DNA of 64,000 bases from an uncultured Lachnospiraceae bacterium (GTDB taxonomy: Bacteria > Bacillota > Clostridia > Lachnospirales > Lachnospiraceae), in contig CANRGO010000002.1 of NCBI GenBank assembly GCA_947630125.1, positions 6,829 through 70,828 of the forward strand. Reading direction: 5' to 3'. Positions 28,688 through 38,140 of the stretch are shown here, in pieces. The notes under the pieces are model-generated. The model was not told the DNA's origin and did not search any database. It saw only the letters and a list, made by a program, of their open reading frames with translations. Made by a program: the position numbers and the translations under genes. Position 1 is the stretch's first letter; each line of letters starts with the position of its first letter.

Positions 28688-30007
28688 ATGAAGAAATTGG
28701 TGAAATTTGGTGGGAGTTCACTCGCCAGTGCAGAACAGTTTCAAAAAGTAAAAGAAATTATTGATATGGATCCAAAAAGAAAATTGGTCATACCTTCTGC
28801 ACCTGGCAAACGATATGCAAAAGATACCAAAGTAACGGATATGTTATATATTTGCTACGGTATTGCAGAACAAGGTGGTAATTTTACCATCGAATTAGAG
28901 CAGATTAAGAATCGATATCTTGAAATTATAGAAGGACTGAAACTGGATTTATCTTTGGAACAGGAATTTGAAATCATTGAGAAGAATTTTAGAGAGAAGG
29001 CAGGTAATAATTATGCAGCTTCTCGTGGAGAATATCTGAATGGTATCATTATGGCTCATTATCTGGGTTATGAATTTATCGATGCTGCTGAAGTTATCTT
29101 TTTCAATGAAAATGGAAGTTTTGATGCAGAAAAAACCAATCAAATTCTGACTAAAAGACTGGAAAGTACAGATACTGCAGTTATCCCTGGATTTTATGGT
29201 TCCTATCCAGATAAGCGAGTAAAGACATTTTCGAGAGGTGGCTCAGATATTACAGGGTCCATAGTTGCTAGGGCCGTTATGGCAGAAGTCTATGAAAACT
29301 GGACAGATGTTTCTGGATTTTTAATTGCAGATCCAAGAATTATATCGAATCCAGAAGGAATCGATACCATTACCTATAGGGAACTACGAGAACTATCGTA
29401 TATGGGAGCTACAGTGCTTCATGAAGAAGCTATTTTCCCAGTGCGACAGGTTGGTATTCCGATTAATATCAGAAACACCAATATTCCGTCAGATGAAGGA
29501 ACCTGGATTGTAGAGAGTACCTGTCAAAAATCCAAGTATGTCATTACAGGAATTGCTGGTAAAAAAGGATTTTGTGCCATTAACATTGAAAAAGATATGA
29601 TGAACTCAGAAATTGGGTTTGGTAAAAAAGTGCTTTCTGTATTTGAAGAAAATGGAATTTCTTTTGAGCACATGCCTTCAGGAATTGATACAATGTCTGT
29701 GTTTGTTCATCAGGATGAGTTTATCCATAAGGAACAAAAAGTGGTATCTGGTTTACATAGAGAAGCAAAACCAGATTCTATTGATATTGAATCAGATCTT
29801 GCTCTGATTGCAGTTGTTGGTCGTGGAATGAAGTCGATGCGTGGTACTGCTGGTAGAATTTTCTCAGCACTTGCTCATGCTAGCGTAAATGTTAAGATGA
29901 TTGATCAGGGTTCTAGTGAGCTAAACATCATAATTGGTGTATCCAATGAGGATTTTGAAACTGCAATCAAAGCTATATATGATATTTTTGTTTTATCTCA
30001 ACTATAA
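28688..30007 (+). CDS. Aspartate kinase
   Basis: VKFGGSSLAS.., ..FSRGGSDITGS.., C-terminal ACT pair. Confidence 0.9.
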   Translation: MKKLVKFGGSSLASAEQFQKVKEIIDMDPKRKLVIPSAPGKRYAKDTKVTDMLYICYGIAEQGGNFTIELEQIKNRYLEIIEGLKLDLSLEQEFEIIEKNFREKAGNNYAASRGEYLNGIIMAHYLGYEFIDAAEVIFFNENGSFDAEKTNQILTKRLESTDTAVIPGFYGSYPDKRVKTFSRGGSDITGSIVARAVMAEVYENWTDVSGFLIADPRIISNPEGIDTITYRELRELSYMGATVLHEEAIFPVRQVGIPINIRNTNIPSDEGTWIVESTCQKSKYVITGIAGKKGFCAINIEKDMMNSEIGFGKKVLSVFEENGISFEHMPSGIDTMSVFVHQDEFIHKEQKVVSGLHREAKPDSIDIESDLALIAVVGRGMKSMRGTAGRIFSALAHASVNVKMIDQGSSELNIIIGVSNEDFETAIKAIYDIFVLSQL

Positions 30008-30017
30008 GGAAATGGAA

Positions 30018-30046
30018 GGAGCATCCCATTGGGGTAGCTCCTTTTT
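30018..30046 (+). terminator. Probable terminator of the thr-branch operon
   Basis: GGAGC..CCC-ATT-GGG..GCTCC hairpin with a 2-nt internal mismatch, followed by TTTTT. Confidence 0.6.
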
Positions 30047-30119
30047 GCTTTGAATTATGTGTGTAAATGAACTAATATGTTAAATTGATAATTAATTTAA
30101 AAAATAATATCAAATTGTA

Positions 30120-30148
30120 TTGACAAATAGATGCAAAACATTTATTAT
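30120..30148 (+). promoter_or_regulatory. Near-consensus sigma-A promoter with no downstream CDS
   Basis: TTGACA-N17-TATTAT; no ORF of 60 aa or more in any frame for the next ~670 nt. Confidence 0.5.
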
Positions 30149-30328
30149 AAAGACAGAAACAAAAGAAATACTTGTTTCAAATAAAAAAAGGAGGTACGGA
30201 CCACCAAAAACGTAAGTTAAAGTTTTATAAAATTTAGAAAATTGAATAAAGAAGCATTTAAAGAATTATATAATTAAATGCAAAACCAGAAAAGTAAGTT
30301 GAAACAAAAACTGTGAATGAAATACAAA

Positions 30329-30420
30329 TAACGGGAAATTACACAGTAACGGAAAATTACTCAGGGGTGAACAGCTCTTCAGTAACGGAAAATTACTCAG
30401 TAACGTAAATTATTCGTAAG
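30329..30420 (+). repeat. Five tandem 18-nt units (TAACGGRAAATTACWCAG); two 21-nt stretches are identical
   Basis: TAACGGGAAATTACACAG | TAACGGAAAATTACTCAG | GGGTGAACAGCTCTTCAG | TAACGGAAAATTACTCAG | TAACGTAAATTATTCGTA. CAGTAACGGAAAATTACTCAG occurs at 30344-30364 and 30380-30400. Confidence 0.9.
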
Positions 30421-30620
30421 ATACAAAACAGAGATTTACAAAAACATACAATTCTGGAAATAGAATGAAAAAGTTAGAATACGAGTACATTGAACATTTT
30501 GGTAACGAAGGACAATTTAGAATTGCCGTTACAAGTATTGAAGTACAAATAATGAGAAAATGGAAAGGAAGAAATGCTAAAAATTAAATACGGAGGCTAG
30601 TCCAATGGATAGTATAGTTT

Positions 30621-30666
30621 AGAAGCGGGTGTTTATCAAAATGATGGATGCCCGCTTCTTATTTTT
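30621..30666 (+). terminator. Rho-independent terminator (plus-strand orientation)
   Basis: AGAAGCGGG / CCCGCTTCT 9-bp GC-rich stem with a 21-nt loop, followed by TATTTTT. Confidence 0.7.
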
Positions 30667-30821
30667 GCGCTTTATTTTTCTGATTACAAAATATAGTGGT
30701 TTTTAAGAAAAAAATAAGAAAAAAATACAATATACTATAGAATTATGATAGAGAATCAGTTAAGATATAAAAAAGAAGTGCGAAATAAATGGGAATCGTT
30801 TAGCGGAGGATTTATTAATAT

Positions 30822-32141
30822 ATGGAAGAGCAGAATTATGATGATAAAAGAGAAGCCAGAAGAAAAAAAAGAATTAAGGCCCAGATAATTTCTTATACGG
30901 TACTAGTTTGTATTCTTTCTGTTATTGTAATTGGTGCATGGCAGGGAGTACGTTTGATTACAAATGCTTTTGATAAACAGGAGAGTGTTCCGATTCAGGA
31001 AGAAGTTGCAACGGAAGATGTTAGTGAGCCTGTTCCAGAAGAAGAAATACAAGAGGAAGTGGAAGAGGTTGTAGAAGAAGTTGATCCTATAGAACCTTTC
31101 ATTGATGAACTTCTTGCACAAATGCCTTTAGAAGATCGGGTTGCTGGATTATTTTTGGTTTCACCAGAATCAATTACGGGAGTAAGTAAAGTTGTTGCTG
31201 CTGGCAGTGGAACCCAGGAAGCACTTTCCAAATATGCAGTTGCTGGATTTGTATATACAAAAAGCAATATTCAGAATGCGGCGCAGTTTCAAGAGATGAT
31301 TGCCAATACAAAAACCATGAGCAAGTATCCGCTTTTTTATTCTGTATATGAAGAAGGTGGAGATGTAACAAGTTTGAAGGCGGCAGGACTAGATGTAGCA
31401 GGCTTTGACTCCATGTGGGATATTGGTTCTACCAACGATACGGCCAATGCTTATCAATTAGGAAGTACTATCGGAAGTTATTTGAAAGAATATGGAATTA
31501 ATTTGGATCTTGCACCAGTTGCGGATATTGTAACTGATGCAACTACATCATTTATGAAAGAAAGATCATTTGGTTCTGATCCAAAGATTGTGTCAGCCAT
31601 GGTCAGTTCAGCGGTTCAAGGATTTATGGAAACAGGAATTAGTACCTGTTTGAAACATTTTCCAGGGCAGGGGTTAACTGAAAGTGATACTTCAGCTGGC
31701 TATTCTGTAATAGACAGGTCTTACGATGAATTGAAATCATTGGAATTACTACCATTTCAGGAAGGAATCAGAGCAGGTTCCGAGTTTATCATGATGAGTC
31801 ACGTAACCTTGCCACAGATATCAGGAGATAGCATACCTGCATCTTTATCAGATGTTATGATACAGACCATCTTAAGAACAGATTTGGGATTTCAGGGAGT
31901 TGTTATAACGGATGCATTAAATAAAAAGGCAATTACAGAATACTACACAACTGAGGAAGCGGTGGTTATGGCAATTAAGGCTGGAGCAGATATCTTACTC
32001 TTGCCGGATGATTTTGAAGCTGCTTATACTGGATTACTTACAGCTGTGCAAAATGGTGAGATAACCGAAGAGAGGATTAATGAGTCTTTAAGAAGAATCT
32101 ACAGGGTAAAATATAAAGATTTTATGGAGACACAAGAATAA
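30822..32141 (+). CDS. Membrane-anchored glycoside hydrolase family 3 (NagZ-like beta-N-acetylhexosaminidase)
   Basis: RBS GGAGGA; basic N-terminus plus TM; acidic linker (EEEIQEEVEEVVEEVD); KHFPGQG and GH3 N-domain blocks. Confidence 0.8.
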   Translation: MEEQNYDDKREARRKKRIKAQIISYTVLVCILSVIVIGAWQGVRLITNAFDKQESVPIQEEVATEDVSEPVPEEEIQEEVEEVVEEVDPIEPFIDELLAQMPLEDRVAGLFLVSPESITGVSKVVAAGSGTQEALSKYAVAGFVYTKSNIQNAAQFQEMIANTKTMSKYPLFYSVYEEGGDVTSLKAAGLDVAGFDSMWDIGSTNDTANAYQLGSTIGSYLKEYGINLDLAPVADIVTDATTSFMKERSFGSDPKIVSAMVSSAVQGFMETGISTCLKHFPGQGLTESDTSAGYSVIDRSYDELKSLELLPFQEGIRAGSEFIMMSHVTLPQISGDSIPASLSDVMIQTILRTDLGFQGVVITDALNKKAITEYYTTEEAVVMAIKAGADILLLPDDFEAAYTGLLTAVQNGEITEERINESLRRIYRVKYKDFMETQE

Positions 32142-32172
32142 AGGTTTGATTATCAATTTTTTAAAAATGGAA

Positions 32173-32201
32173 TTGACAAAGTAACTATCCTATAGTATAT
32201 T
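32173..32201 (+). promoter_or_regulatory. Sigma-A promoter for tRNA-Gly
   Basis: TTGACA-N17-TATATT, ~30 nt upstream of the tRNA. Confidence 0.55.
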
Positions 32202-32233
32202 ATATTTTGCCTGTAAAAATAGCAGGCAAACAG

Positions 32234-32306
32234 GCGCGAGTGGCTCAGTTGGTAGAGCGCGACCTTGCCAAGGTCGAGGCCGCGGGTTCGAGTCCCGTCT
32301 CGCGCT
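32234..32306 (+). tRNA. tRNA-Gly (anticodon GCC), CCA not encoded
   Basis: Hand-folded cloverleaf. Acceptor GCGCGAG/CTCGCGC; D arm GCTC-AGTTGGTA-GAGC; anticodon arm CGACC-TTGCCAA-GGTCG; T arm GCGGG-TTCGAGT-CCCGT; 73 nt. Confidence 0.9.
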
Positions 32307-32326
32307 CTTTATAATGAATGTGTGAT

Positions 32327-32361
32327 AGAAGCTATGTCTTTTGACATAGCTTCTTTTTTTT
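32327..32361 (+). terminator. Rho-independent terminator after tRNA-Gly
   Basis: AGAAGCTATGTC-TTTT-GACATAGCTTCT perfect 12-bp stem followed by a T-run. Confidence 0.85.
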
Positions 32362-32396
32362 CAAACAGATAACAAGAAACTTAGAAAGGATTTATC

Positions 32397-34157
32397 ATGA
32401 CAAAGACAACGTATTCTACTAAAACATTAATTCTTCGATTTATACCTTATTATAAAAAATACAAAGGCATTTTGTTTATGGATTTATTTTGCGCAACACT
32501 TACAACGGTCTGTGAGTTGGTATTGCCATTAATTATGCGCTATATTACCAATGAAGGAATTAGAGATTTGGCAGGACTTTCCTTAAAAACAATCGGTGGA
32601 TTATCTTTTTTATACCTAATCCTTCGTCTAATTGATGCAGTGGCGAACTATTATATGGGGAATATGGGACATGTTATGGGGGCAAAGATCGAAACAGATA
32701 TGCGTAAGGATGCCTTTTCTCACTTGTTGCGGTTATCAGATACCTTTTACAGCAATACAAAAGTTGGTCAGATTATGGGACGCATTACCAATGACTTATT
32801 TGATGTTACAGAATTTGCCCATCATTGCCCAGAAGAATTTTTAATTGCTTTTTTTAAAACAGGAATTGCCTTTATCATATTACTAACCATACATGTTCCA
32901 CTTACGTTGATAATTTTTATGATTGTTCCAGTGATGACTGTTGTAGCGGTATTTTTGAATCGAAAAATGAGAGCAGCATTCGGACTGCAAAGAAATCAAA
33001 TTGGGGAATTAAATGCACAGATAGAAGATAGTTTGCTGGGACAAAAAGTTGTAAAAGCTTTTACCAGTGAAGAAATGGAACAACATCGTTTTCAGAAGGG
33101 AAATCATAAGTTTTTAGAAATTAAGACACTGACCTATCGCTACTTGGCTGCGTTCCATACAACCATACGTCTCTTTGATGGTTTAATGTATTTGACCGTA
33201 GTTTTAGCAGGTGGTATTTTCATGATGAAAGGGTATATAAAACCAGGTGATTTGGTTGCCTATCTTTTATATGTAACAACGTTGATTTCTACAATTAGAA
33301 GAATCATAGAATTTATGGAACAGTTTCAAAGGGGAATTACAGGGATTGAACGCTTTGTTCAAATCATGGATGCTGATGTGGATATTAAAGAACCGGAAGA
33401 TGGGGTTACATTAGTAAATCCAAAGGGTGAGATTACATTTGAACGTGTATCCTTTGAATATCCAGATGACCATAATATTGTGTTTAGAAATTTGAATTTG
33501 CAAATTCAGCCAGGTGAAAAAATAGCAATCGTAGGTCCAAGTGGTGGTGGAAAAACCACTTTATGTAATTTGATACCTCGTTTCTATGATGTGACAGAAG
33601 GAAGGATTTTGCTTGACGGAAGAGATATTAAAGACTTTACATTACAAAGTCTTCGTGAAAATATTGGGATTGTTCAGCAAGATGTGTATTTATTTTCAGG
33701 TACAATTTTAGAAAATATTCAATATGGAAATCCAAATGCTTCCCTGGAGGATGTTATGAAGGCGGCAAAAGAAGCAGGAGCCCATGATTTTATACAGGAA
33801 TTAAAAGATGGATATGATACCTACGTTGGAGAAAGAGGAGTTAAACTTTCTGGAGGTCAAAAACAGCGTATTAGTATAGCAAGAGTATTTTTAAAAAATC
33901 CACCTATTATTTTATTGGATGAAGCAACATCCGCTTTGGATAATGAAAGCGAATATGCGGTTGCAAAATCTTTAGGAGAATTATCTAAGGGTCGCACTAC
34001 GCTCACCATTGCTCATCGATTATCCAGTATACGAAATTCTGATCGAATTTTAGTTTTAACAGAAGAGGGAATCGAGGAGCAAGGAACGCATCAACAGTTA
34101 ATGGATTTAAAAGGCCTGTATTGTCAGTTTTACAATCGTGCAAATGAGATGAAGTAA
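32397..34157 (+). CDS. ABC exporter, fused permease/ATP-binding protein (MsbA/type-1 exporter-like)
   Basis: Six-TM N-domain; Walker A GPSGGGKTT; signature LSGGQKQR; Walker B ILLDEATSALD. Confidence 0.9.
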   Translation: MTKTTYSTKTLILRFIPYYKKYKGILFMDLFCATLTTVCELVLPLIMRYITNEGIRDLAGLSLKTIGGLSFLYLILRLIDAVANYYMGNMGHVMGAKIETDMRKDAFSHLLRLSDTFYSNTKVGQIMGRITNDLFDVTEFAHHCPEEFLIAFFKTGIAFIILLTIHVPLTLIIFMIVPVMTVVAVFLNRKMRAAFGLQRNQIGELNAQIEDSLLGQKVVKAFTSEEMEQHRFQKGNHKFLEIKTLTYRYLAAFHTTIRLFDGLMYLTVVLAGGIFMMKGYIKPGDLVAYLLYVTTLISTIRRIIEFMEQFQRGITGIERFVQIMDADVDIKEPEDGVTLVNPKGEITFERVSFEYPDDHNIVFRNLNLQIQPGEKIAIVGPSGGGKTTLCNLIPRFYDVTEGRILLDGRDIKDFTLQSLRENIGIVQQDVYLFSGTILENIQYGNPNASLEDVMKAAKEAGAHDFIQELKDGYDTYVGERGVKLSGGQKQRISIARVFLKNPPIILLDEATSALDNESEYAVAKSLGELSKGRTTLTIAHRLSSIRNSDRILVLTEEGIEEQGTHQQLMDLKGLYCQFYNRANEMK

Positions 34158-34186
34158 TCAATGGGTTTCATGAAAGGAGTGTGAAC

Positions 34187-34966
34187 ATGTTCCAAATGAA
34201 TAAGAAATATCAAATATTGAATGGCAGTGTTTTAAAAATTACCGCAATTATCACTATGTTAATTGACCATATTGGTGCAGCAATCTTATATTTTATACCT
34301 ACCCTTTTCTTACTGAATCCAGAGAACCAGAAAAACTTGGAATTATTTTATGGGATTTTCAGAAATGTTGGAAGAATAGCGTTTCCGTTATTTTGTTTTT
34401 TGCTTGTGGAGGGATTTGTCCATACTAAAAATGTAAAAAAATATATGCTAAGGTTATTTATATTTGCGCTGGTAAGTGAACTTCCCTTTGATCTGGCTTT
34501 TTATGATGGAATTGCATTTGTTCACCAAAATGTTTTCTGGACATTGCTTCTTGGACTTATCACGATATATGGGATTGACTGGATTATACAGTTTGCCAGA
34601 AGAGAGCAGGTTGATTTTAGTAAGGTGAAGAATCAGGTTCTGATGGCGATTGGTCTTTGCGGGGTAGGTATGATTGGTGGTGGGCTTTCAGTTCTTATGA
34701 ATACCGATTATTCTTATCATGGAGTTCTTTTGATCCTGATTTTTTACGTGTTAAGACATAATCGCATCATGGCTGGTTTGATTGGGTATATGACTTTTGT
34801 AACTTTTTTATACGAACCCTTTTGTTTACCTGCATTTATTATGATTCAATTTTATAATGGAAAAAAAGGACTAACCAAAACAAAAATCAATTATCAGTAC
34901 ATTTTCTATGCATTTTATCCGGTACACTTACTTATTTTATATCTGATTCGTATGTTAATGAGTTAA
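34187..34966 (+). CDS. TraX-family membrane protein
   Basis: LKITAIITMLIDHIGA N-terminal signature; polytopic; ATG 7 nt after GGAG. Confidence 0.7.
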   Translation: MFQMNKKYQILNGSVLKITAIITMLIDHIGAAILYFIPTLFLLNPENQKNLELFYGIFRNVGRIAFPLFCFLLVEGFVHTKNVKKYMLRLFIFALVSELPFDLAFYDGIAFVHQNVFWTLLLGLITIYGIDWIIQFARREQVDFSKVKNQVLMAIGLCGVGMIGGGLSVLMNTDYSYHGVLLILIFYVLRHNRIMAGLIGYMTFVTFLYEPFCLPAFIMIQFYNGKKGLTKTKINYQYIFYAFYPVHLLILYLIRMLMS

Positions 34967-35041
34967 GTTAAGAAACTGCTGAATAAAATATGCTTATCAG
35001 TAGGATAAAGGCGTGATCGTAACACGCAGAAAAGGTGGTTT

Positions 35042-36643
35042 ATGGAATTAATTTTTGTCAGAGCTAATCATGAAGTAACAGGAAGTTGTCATTATTTGTA
35101 TTCCAATGGAAAACATATCTTAATTGACTGTGGTATGGAACAAGGCACAGATGTATTTGAAAATATTGAGTTGCCTGTCAGTGAAGCACTTATTGATTAT
35201 GTTTTTTTAACCCATGCACATATTGATCATTCTGGACTTCTGCCACTCTTGTATGCAAGAGGATTTCGAGGGAAAATATATGCTACAGAAGCAACCATGA
35301 ATTTGTGCAGTATTATGTTGCGAGATAGTGCACATATTCAAATGCAGGAAGCAGAGTGGAAGAATCGTAAAGCTAAACGAAATAAGCAAATTCAAGTTGC
35401 AGATCCAATTTATACTATGCAGGATGCCGATGGCGTTATTCGACAGATCATTCCTTGTGTTTATGGGAAGGAAATAAAAGTAAGCGATGACATAAAAATT
35501 CGATTTACAGATATTGGACATTTACTTGGCTCTGCCAGTATTGAAGTATGGTTAACAGAACAGGCAGAAACGAAAAAAATTGTATTTTCAGGTGATATTG
35601 GGAATAAAAATCAACCTTTGATTAGAGATCCAAGATATACAGAAACTGCAGATTATGTGGTAATGGAATCTACCTATGGAGATCGATATCATACCATTGA
35701 TAAAGTGAATTATATCAATGAACTTACTGAAATCATACAGAAAACGTTTGATCGTGGTGGAAATGTTGTGATTCCTTCTTTTGCAGTGGGAAGAACCCAG
35801 GAGATTTTGTATTTTCTAAGAAAAATCAAAGCTGACAGACTGGTTCAGGGATATTCAAATTTTCCAGTGTATGTGGATAGTCCTTTAGCTGTTGAAGCAA
35901 CTGAGATTTTTCAAAAAAATAATCAGACTTGTTTTGATGAGGAAGCGCTGGAACTGGTGCATAAAGGTATTAATCCCATTAGTTTTCCGGGTCTAAGACT
36001 TTCTATAACAAGTGAAGAGTCAAAAGCGATTAACTTTGATGATACACCTAAGGTTATTATTTCAGCATCTGGAATGTGTGAAGCAGGAAGAATCAGACAT
36101 CATTTAAAACATAATCTTTGGAGAACGGATAGTGCTGTAGTTTTTGTTGGATATCAGGCAAATGGAACCCTGGGTAGAATGATTCTAGATGGTCTAAAAG
36201 AAGTCAGACTTTTTGGTGAAACAGTAGAAGTGAATGCTTCTATCTATAAGATACAGGGCTTAAGCGGACATGCAGACAAACAGGGTCTTTTGGACTGGGT
36301 GAATGCATTTAGCCAAAAGCCACAAAAAGTATTTGTTGTGCATGGAGAGGATACTGTATCAGAGGCCTTTGTTCAGTGCTTGAATACAGAATATGGTCAT
36401 GAGGCAGTAGCACCTTATAGTGGAAGCCGTTTTAATCTTTTGACGAATTCCTTTACACTCTTTGCAGAACCTGTTACGCTGAAAAAAGCGGAAGTACGAA
36501 GAATATCAGAGGTGTTTAAACGACTACTTGCAGCACATCAGAGACTCCTTGGAGTTATACAGAGAAATGAGGGGGTTGCAAATAAAGACTTGGCGAAATT
36601 TGCGGACCAAATTAATTCTCTTTGTGATAAATGGGATAGATAA
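35042..36643 (+). CDS. MBL-fold beta-CASP hydrolase (RNA-metabolising, CPSF73/RNase J-related)
   Basis: HAHIDHSG (HxHxDH), ..ESTYGDR.., ..LSGHAD.., ..VHGE.. motifs in beta-CASP order. Confidence 0.8.
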   Translation: MELIFVRANHEVTGSCHYLYSNGKHILIDCGMEQGTDVFENIELPVSEALIDYVFLTHAHIDHSGLLPLLYARGFRGKIYATEATMNLCSIMLRDSAHIQMQEAEWKNRKAKRNKQIQVADPIYTMQDADGVIRQIIPCVYGKEIKVSDDIKIRFTDIGHLLGSASIEVWLTEQAETKKIVFSGDIGNKNQPLIRDPRYTETADYVVMESTYGDRYHTIDKVNYINELTEIIQKTFDRGGNVVIPSFAVGRTQEILYFLRKIKADRLVQGYSNFPVYVDSPLAVEATEIFQKNNQTCFDEEALELVHKGINPISFPGLRLSITSEESKAINFDDTPKVIISASGMCEAGRIRHHLKHNLWRTDSAVVFVGYQANGTLGRMILDGLKEVRLFGETVEVNASIYKIQGLSGHADKQGLLDWVNAFSQKPQKVFVVHGEDTVSEAFVQCLNTEYGHEAVAPYSGSRFNLLTNSFTLFAEPVTLKKAEVRRISEVFKRLLAAHQRLLGVIQRNEGVANKDLAKFADQINSLCDKWDR

Positions 36644-36660
36644 GATTGGAGAAATAAGTT

Positions 36661-37509
36661 ATGAGTATGGCAGATCAGATTTTTATCAAAATGTGTAAAG
36701 ACATTTTAGAAAATGGAACCAGTACAGAAGGAGAAAAAGTTAGACCACGCTGGGACGACGGAACACCAGCATATACCATAAAACAATTTGGTGTGGTGAA
36801 TCGCTATGATCTTTCAAAAGAGTTTCCACTTCTTACCCTGAGAAAAACAGCATTGAAAAGTGCGACTGATGAGATGCTATGGATCTGGCAGCAAAAATCA
36901 AATAATATCAATCAGTTAAACAGTCATATATGGGATCAATGGGCCAATGGGGACGGTTCTATTGGTAAGGCTTATGGTTATCAGATGTCTGTGAAACATC
37001 AGTATAAAGAGGGCCTAATGGATCAGGTGGATCGTGTGATATATGATTTGAAACATAATCCATTCAGCCGACGTATTATGACCAATATCTATGTTCACCA
37101 GGATTTACATGAAATGAACCTCTATCCCTGTGCCTATAGCATGACTTTTAATGTAACCCAAAAGCCAGGGAATGATAAACTAACCCTAAATGGAATTTTA
37201 AATCAGAGATCTCAGGATATTTTGGCAGCAAACAATTGGAATGTGGTTCAGTATTCAGTTTTGATGCATATGCTTGCACAATCCTGCGATATGCAGGTAG
37301 GAGAGTTGGTTCATGTCATTGCAGATGCGCATATTTATGACAGACATATTCCGATAATCAAGGAATTGATTGAGAGAGAAACATATGAAGCACCAACCTT
37401 TTGGCTGAATCCAGAAATTAAAGATTTCTATGAGTTTACACGTCATGATGTTCGGGTTGAACAGTATCAGACAGGACCACAGATAGAAAATATTCCCATC
37501 GCGATCTAA
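36661..37509 (+). CDS. thyA: Thymidylate synthase (ThyA)
   Basis: ..RR..MT.. / YPCAYSMTFNV (catalytic Cys) / LNQRSQD / DAHIYDRH blocks. Confidence 0.9.
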   Translation: MSMADQIFIKMCKDILENGTSTEGEKVRPRWDDGTPAYTIKQFGVVNRYDLSKEFPLLTLRKTALKSATDEMLWIWQQKSNNINQLNSHIWDQWANGDGSIGKAYGYQMSVKHQYKEGLMDQVDRVIYDLKHNPFSRRIMTNIYVHQDLHEMNLYPCAYSMTFNVTQKPGNDKLTLNGILNQRSQDILAANNWNVVQYSVLMHMLAQSCDMQVGELVHVIADAHIYDRHIPIIKELIERETYEAPTFWLNPEIKDFYEFTRHDVRVEQYQTGPQIENIPIAI

Positions 37510-37561
37510 GTGTTAGGCATATTTGAATTACAAATTGAAGAAAGTTAGTTAGAGGTAAATT

Positions 37562-38059
37562 ATGAATTTAATCGTTGCAGTAGATAAAAACTGGGGAATT
37601 GGTTGTAATAACAGATTGCTTGTTAGAATACCAAATGATCAGAAATTTTTTAGACAGGAAACAACAGGAAAAGTTATTGTATTGGGCAGAAAAACGCTAG
37701 AAACTTTTCCAAATGGTCTTCCTTTGCAAAATCGTCTTAATATTATCTTGTCAAAAGATCCTAGTTATAAAGTGAAGGATGCTATCGTTGTTCATTCTAT
37801 TTCTGAGTTATTAGAGGAATTAAAAAAATATAATTCAAGAGATATTTATATCATAGGTGGAGATAGTGTTTACAAGCAAATGTTACCATACTGTGATGTT
37901 GCACATGTTACAAAAATAGAACAGGTTTATGAAGCAGATAGCTATTTCCCAAATCTGGATGAGATGGATGAATGGACTATTACGGCAGATAGTGAAGAGC
38001 AGACATATTTTGATATTGAATACACATTTTTAAAATATGAAAGAAAATCAAAGAAGTAA
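37562..38059 (+). CDS. folA: Dihydrofolate reductase
   Basis: LIVAVDKNWGIG...VLGRKTLE...IIGGDSVYKQ motifs, downstream of thyA. Confidence 0.9.
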   Translation: MNLIVAVDKNWGIGCNNRLLVRIPNDQKFFRQETTGKVIVLGRKTLETFPNGLPLQNRLNIILSKDPSYKVKDAIVVHSISELLEELKKYNSRDIYIIGGDSVYKQMLPYCDVAHVTKIEQVYEADSYFPNLDEMDEWTITADSEEQTYFDIEYTFLKYERKSKK

Positions 38060-38140
38060 AGAACTATTCTTGACTTTTCTTAAGAAAAGGATAATAATGT
38101 TTAAAAAATAAATGAGATAGCAGCAAGGAGCAAATCGATT

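Larger units (their letters stand above)
30155..30666 (+). ncRNA. Candidate ~0.5 kb non-coding transcript (unknown class), bounded by the promoter at 30120 and the terminator at 30621
   Basis: A promoter and an intrinsic terminator bracket an ORF-free stretch with internal tandem repeats and hairpins. I recognise no known RNA family. Confidence 0.3.

Noticed and set aside
30329-30420. Tandem repeats as a CRISPR array
   Set aside because: The units are only 18 nt and directly abutting without unique spacers, and no cas genes are in the window.
32160-32400. tRNA-Gly as an integration hotspot or genomic island border
   Set aside because: There is no integrase, no direct repeat of the tRNA 3' end and no compositional break in the flanks. 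The neighbours are ordinary housekeeping genes.
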